Source of the DNA: an uncultured Chloroflexia bacterium
GTDB lineage: Bacteria; Chloroflexota; Limnocylindria; QHBO01
Direction of reading: 5' to 3'
NCBI GenBank assembly: GCA_963695195.1
Contig: CAVOGE010000004.1
Span: forward strand, 24,645 to 88,644
Length of the DNA: 64,000 nt
This document shows, piece by piece, positions 62,809-64,000 of this stretch (its first letter is position 1; each line of letters starts with the position of its first letter). The notes beneath the pieces are model-generated. The model ran no database searches and was not told where the DNA came from. It saw only the letters and a list, made by a program, of their open reading frames with translations. A program made the translations under genes and the position numbers.

Positions 62809-64000
62809 ATGCTGCTCGACCGTCCGACATCAGCCGAAGCGGCGATCGCCGCATTCCTTGCCGATCCGTCACTCGAGCCGCTGATTGCGGCGCACCGCAT
62901 CCTCGAGCCGCAACCTCCCCGGCACGCACCGTGGCCCAACGGACTCGATCCCCGACTTGTCGCTGCGCTCCATGGTCGCGGGGTGGAGGCGCTGTACACG
63001 CATCAGGCGCGCGCGGTCGAAGCGGTGCGAGCTGGCACGAACACCTGCGTGGTCACCCCCACCGCCTCGGGCAAGACCCTCTGCTACAACCTGCCGGTCC
63101 TCGATGCGGTGGCCCGCGATCCCACCGCGCGAGCGCTCTACCTCTTCCCCACCAAGGCCCTTGCGGCAGATCAACTGGTCGAACTGCGTTCGCTGGCCGA
63201 CGCCGCCGAGCTCGAGCTCAAGACCCACACCTACGATGGTGACACGCCGCCGAGCGTCCGCAGCGTTGTTCGGGCGGCGGGGCAGGTGGTCATCACCAAC
63301 CCCGACATGTTGCATGCGGCGATCCTCCCCCACCACACGAAGTGGTTCAAGCTGTTCGAGAACCTGCAGTTCGTGGTCATCGACGAGCTGCACACCTATC
63401 GTGGCCTGTTCGGCAGTCACGTCGCCAACGTCATGCGCCGCCTCCGTCGCGTCTGCCGCCACTACGGCGCGGATCCGGTCTTCATCTGTGCCAGCGCCAC
63501 CATCGCCAACCCCGGCGAACTGGCCGAGCGGCTGATCGAAGCGCCGGTCGAGCTGATCGACGACAACGGGGCGCCGCGCGGCCGGAAGCACATCCTCGTC
63601 ATCAATCCACCGGTCGCAAACGAGCACCTGGGGATCCGCAGCTCTTCGCTGCTCACCGCCCAGCATCTTGCGGAGCGGCTCATCGGCGGCGGCGTGCAGA
63701 CGATCGCCTTCGCCCGATCGCGCACCGCCGTGGAGGTGCTGACCAGCTATCTGCGCGAGACCTTTGCCCCGCCGCCCGGTCACCCGCACACCATCCGCGG
63801 CTACCGCGGCGGCTATCTCCCCAACGAGCGGCGCGAGATCGAGCGCGGTCTGCGCGACGGCCGTGTGCGCGGCGTGGTGGCCACCAACGCCCTCGAGCTG
63901 GGCATCGACATCGGCGGCCTCGATGCCTCCATCAGTGTCGGCTACCCCGGGACCATCGCCTCGACCTGGCAGCAGATGGGGCGGGCGGGCCGGCGCGCCA
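62809..64000 (+). CDS. DEAD/DEAH-box helicase of the YprA/MrfA (helicase + DUF1998) type; 3' end outside the window
   Basis: Hand translation from the ATG at 62809 (GGAGG Shine-Dalgarno upstream): [17 protein letters not shown]...[37 protein letters not shown] (motif I), [11 protein letters not shown] (motif II), CASATIANP (motif III), [25 protein letters not shown] and [10 protein letters not shown] (motif VI). It is not in the track because no stop lies in the window. Confidence 0.85.
   Translation, partial: MLLDRPTSAEAAIAAFLADPSLEPLIAAHRILEPQPPRHAPWPNGLDPRLVAALHGRGVEALYTHQARAVEAVRAGTNTCVVTPTASGKTLCYNLPVLDAVARDPTARALYLFPTKALAADQLVELRSLADAAELELKTHTYDGDTPPSVRSVVRAAGQVVITNPDMLHAAILPHHTKWFKLFENLQFVVIDELHTYRGLFGSHVANVMRRLRRVCRHYGADPVFICASATIANPGELAERLIEAPVELIDDNGAPRGRKHILVINPPVANEHLGIRSSSLLTAQHLAERLIGGGVQTIAFARSRTAVEVLTSYLRETFAPPPGHPHTIRGYRGGYLPNERREIERGLRDGRVRGVVATNALELGIDIGGLDASISVGYPGTIASTWQQMGRAGRRA

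Overview
High-GC bacterial chromosomal segment. Ordinary lines I counted run about 70-80 % G+C. About 60 genes are packed tightly. In the first 47 kb every gene except ectC is on the minus strand, and many neighbours are joined by 1-, 4- or 8-nt start/stop overlaps (ATGA, GTGA, TGATG). Most of the content is housekeeping with Gram-positive-like synteny, reminiscent of Actinomycetota or Chloroflexota; I cannot assign the organism. Conserved blocks are alaS...ruvX-mltG-efp-xseA-xseB-GNAT-dxs-tlyA, iscS-mnmA, relA-hisS-aspS, murJ-murE plus two FemAB paralogues, comM-dprA...topA-xerC, and tRNA(CAU)-tilS...ftsH. Parts worth a second look: (1) a VapBC toxin-antitoxin pair wedged between two FemAB-family genes at the end of the murJ-murE operon; (2) a roughly 2-kb lower-GC islet (about 50 % G+C in lines I counted) with a disrupted alpha-lytic-type S1 protease and two small unknown ORFs; (3) a TadE/TadE/TadG-like pseudopilin trio with no assembly machinery in the window, an in-frame TGA in the second TadE and a +1 frame break in the TadG-like gene, preceded by a perfect 18-bp hairpin; (4) an FtsA-like ATPase plus a baseplate-J-like membrane protein inserted between alaS and ruvX; (5) a solitary ectC next to a decayed ECF sigma/anti-sigma pair; (6) a J-domain protein plus a DnaB-C-terminal-domain-only ATPase, followed by an overlapping HAD/2H-phosphoesterase/TIGR00725 triad; (7) a CAU-anticodon tRNA directly upstream of tilS; (8) a divergent, probably leaderless promoter region carrying a perfect 20-bp palindrome; (9) an EF-P with Arg at loop position 32. 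I saw no rRNA, CRISPR array, transposase or integrase-bounded element. All product calls rest on my own recognition of motifs in the translated ORFs; no database search was run. The ORF track prints GTG/TTG starts as M. Where I picked internal starts I computed coordinates from the track by residue counting. Near 14.1 kb my hand indexing of the printed sequence differed from the track by 1 nt, so I followed the track.
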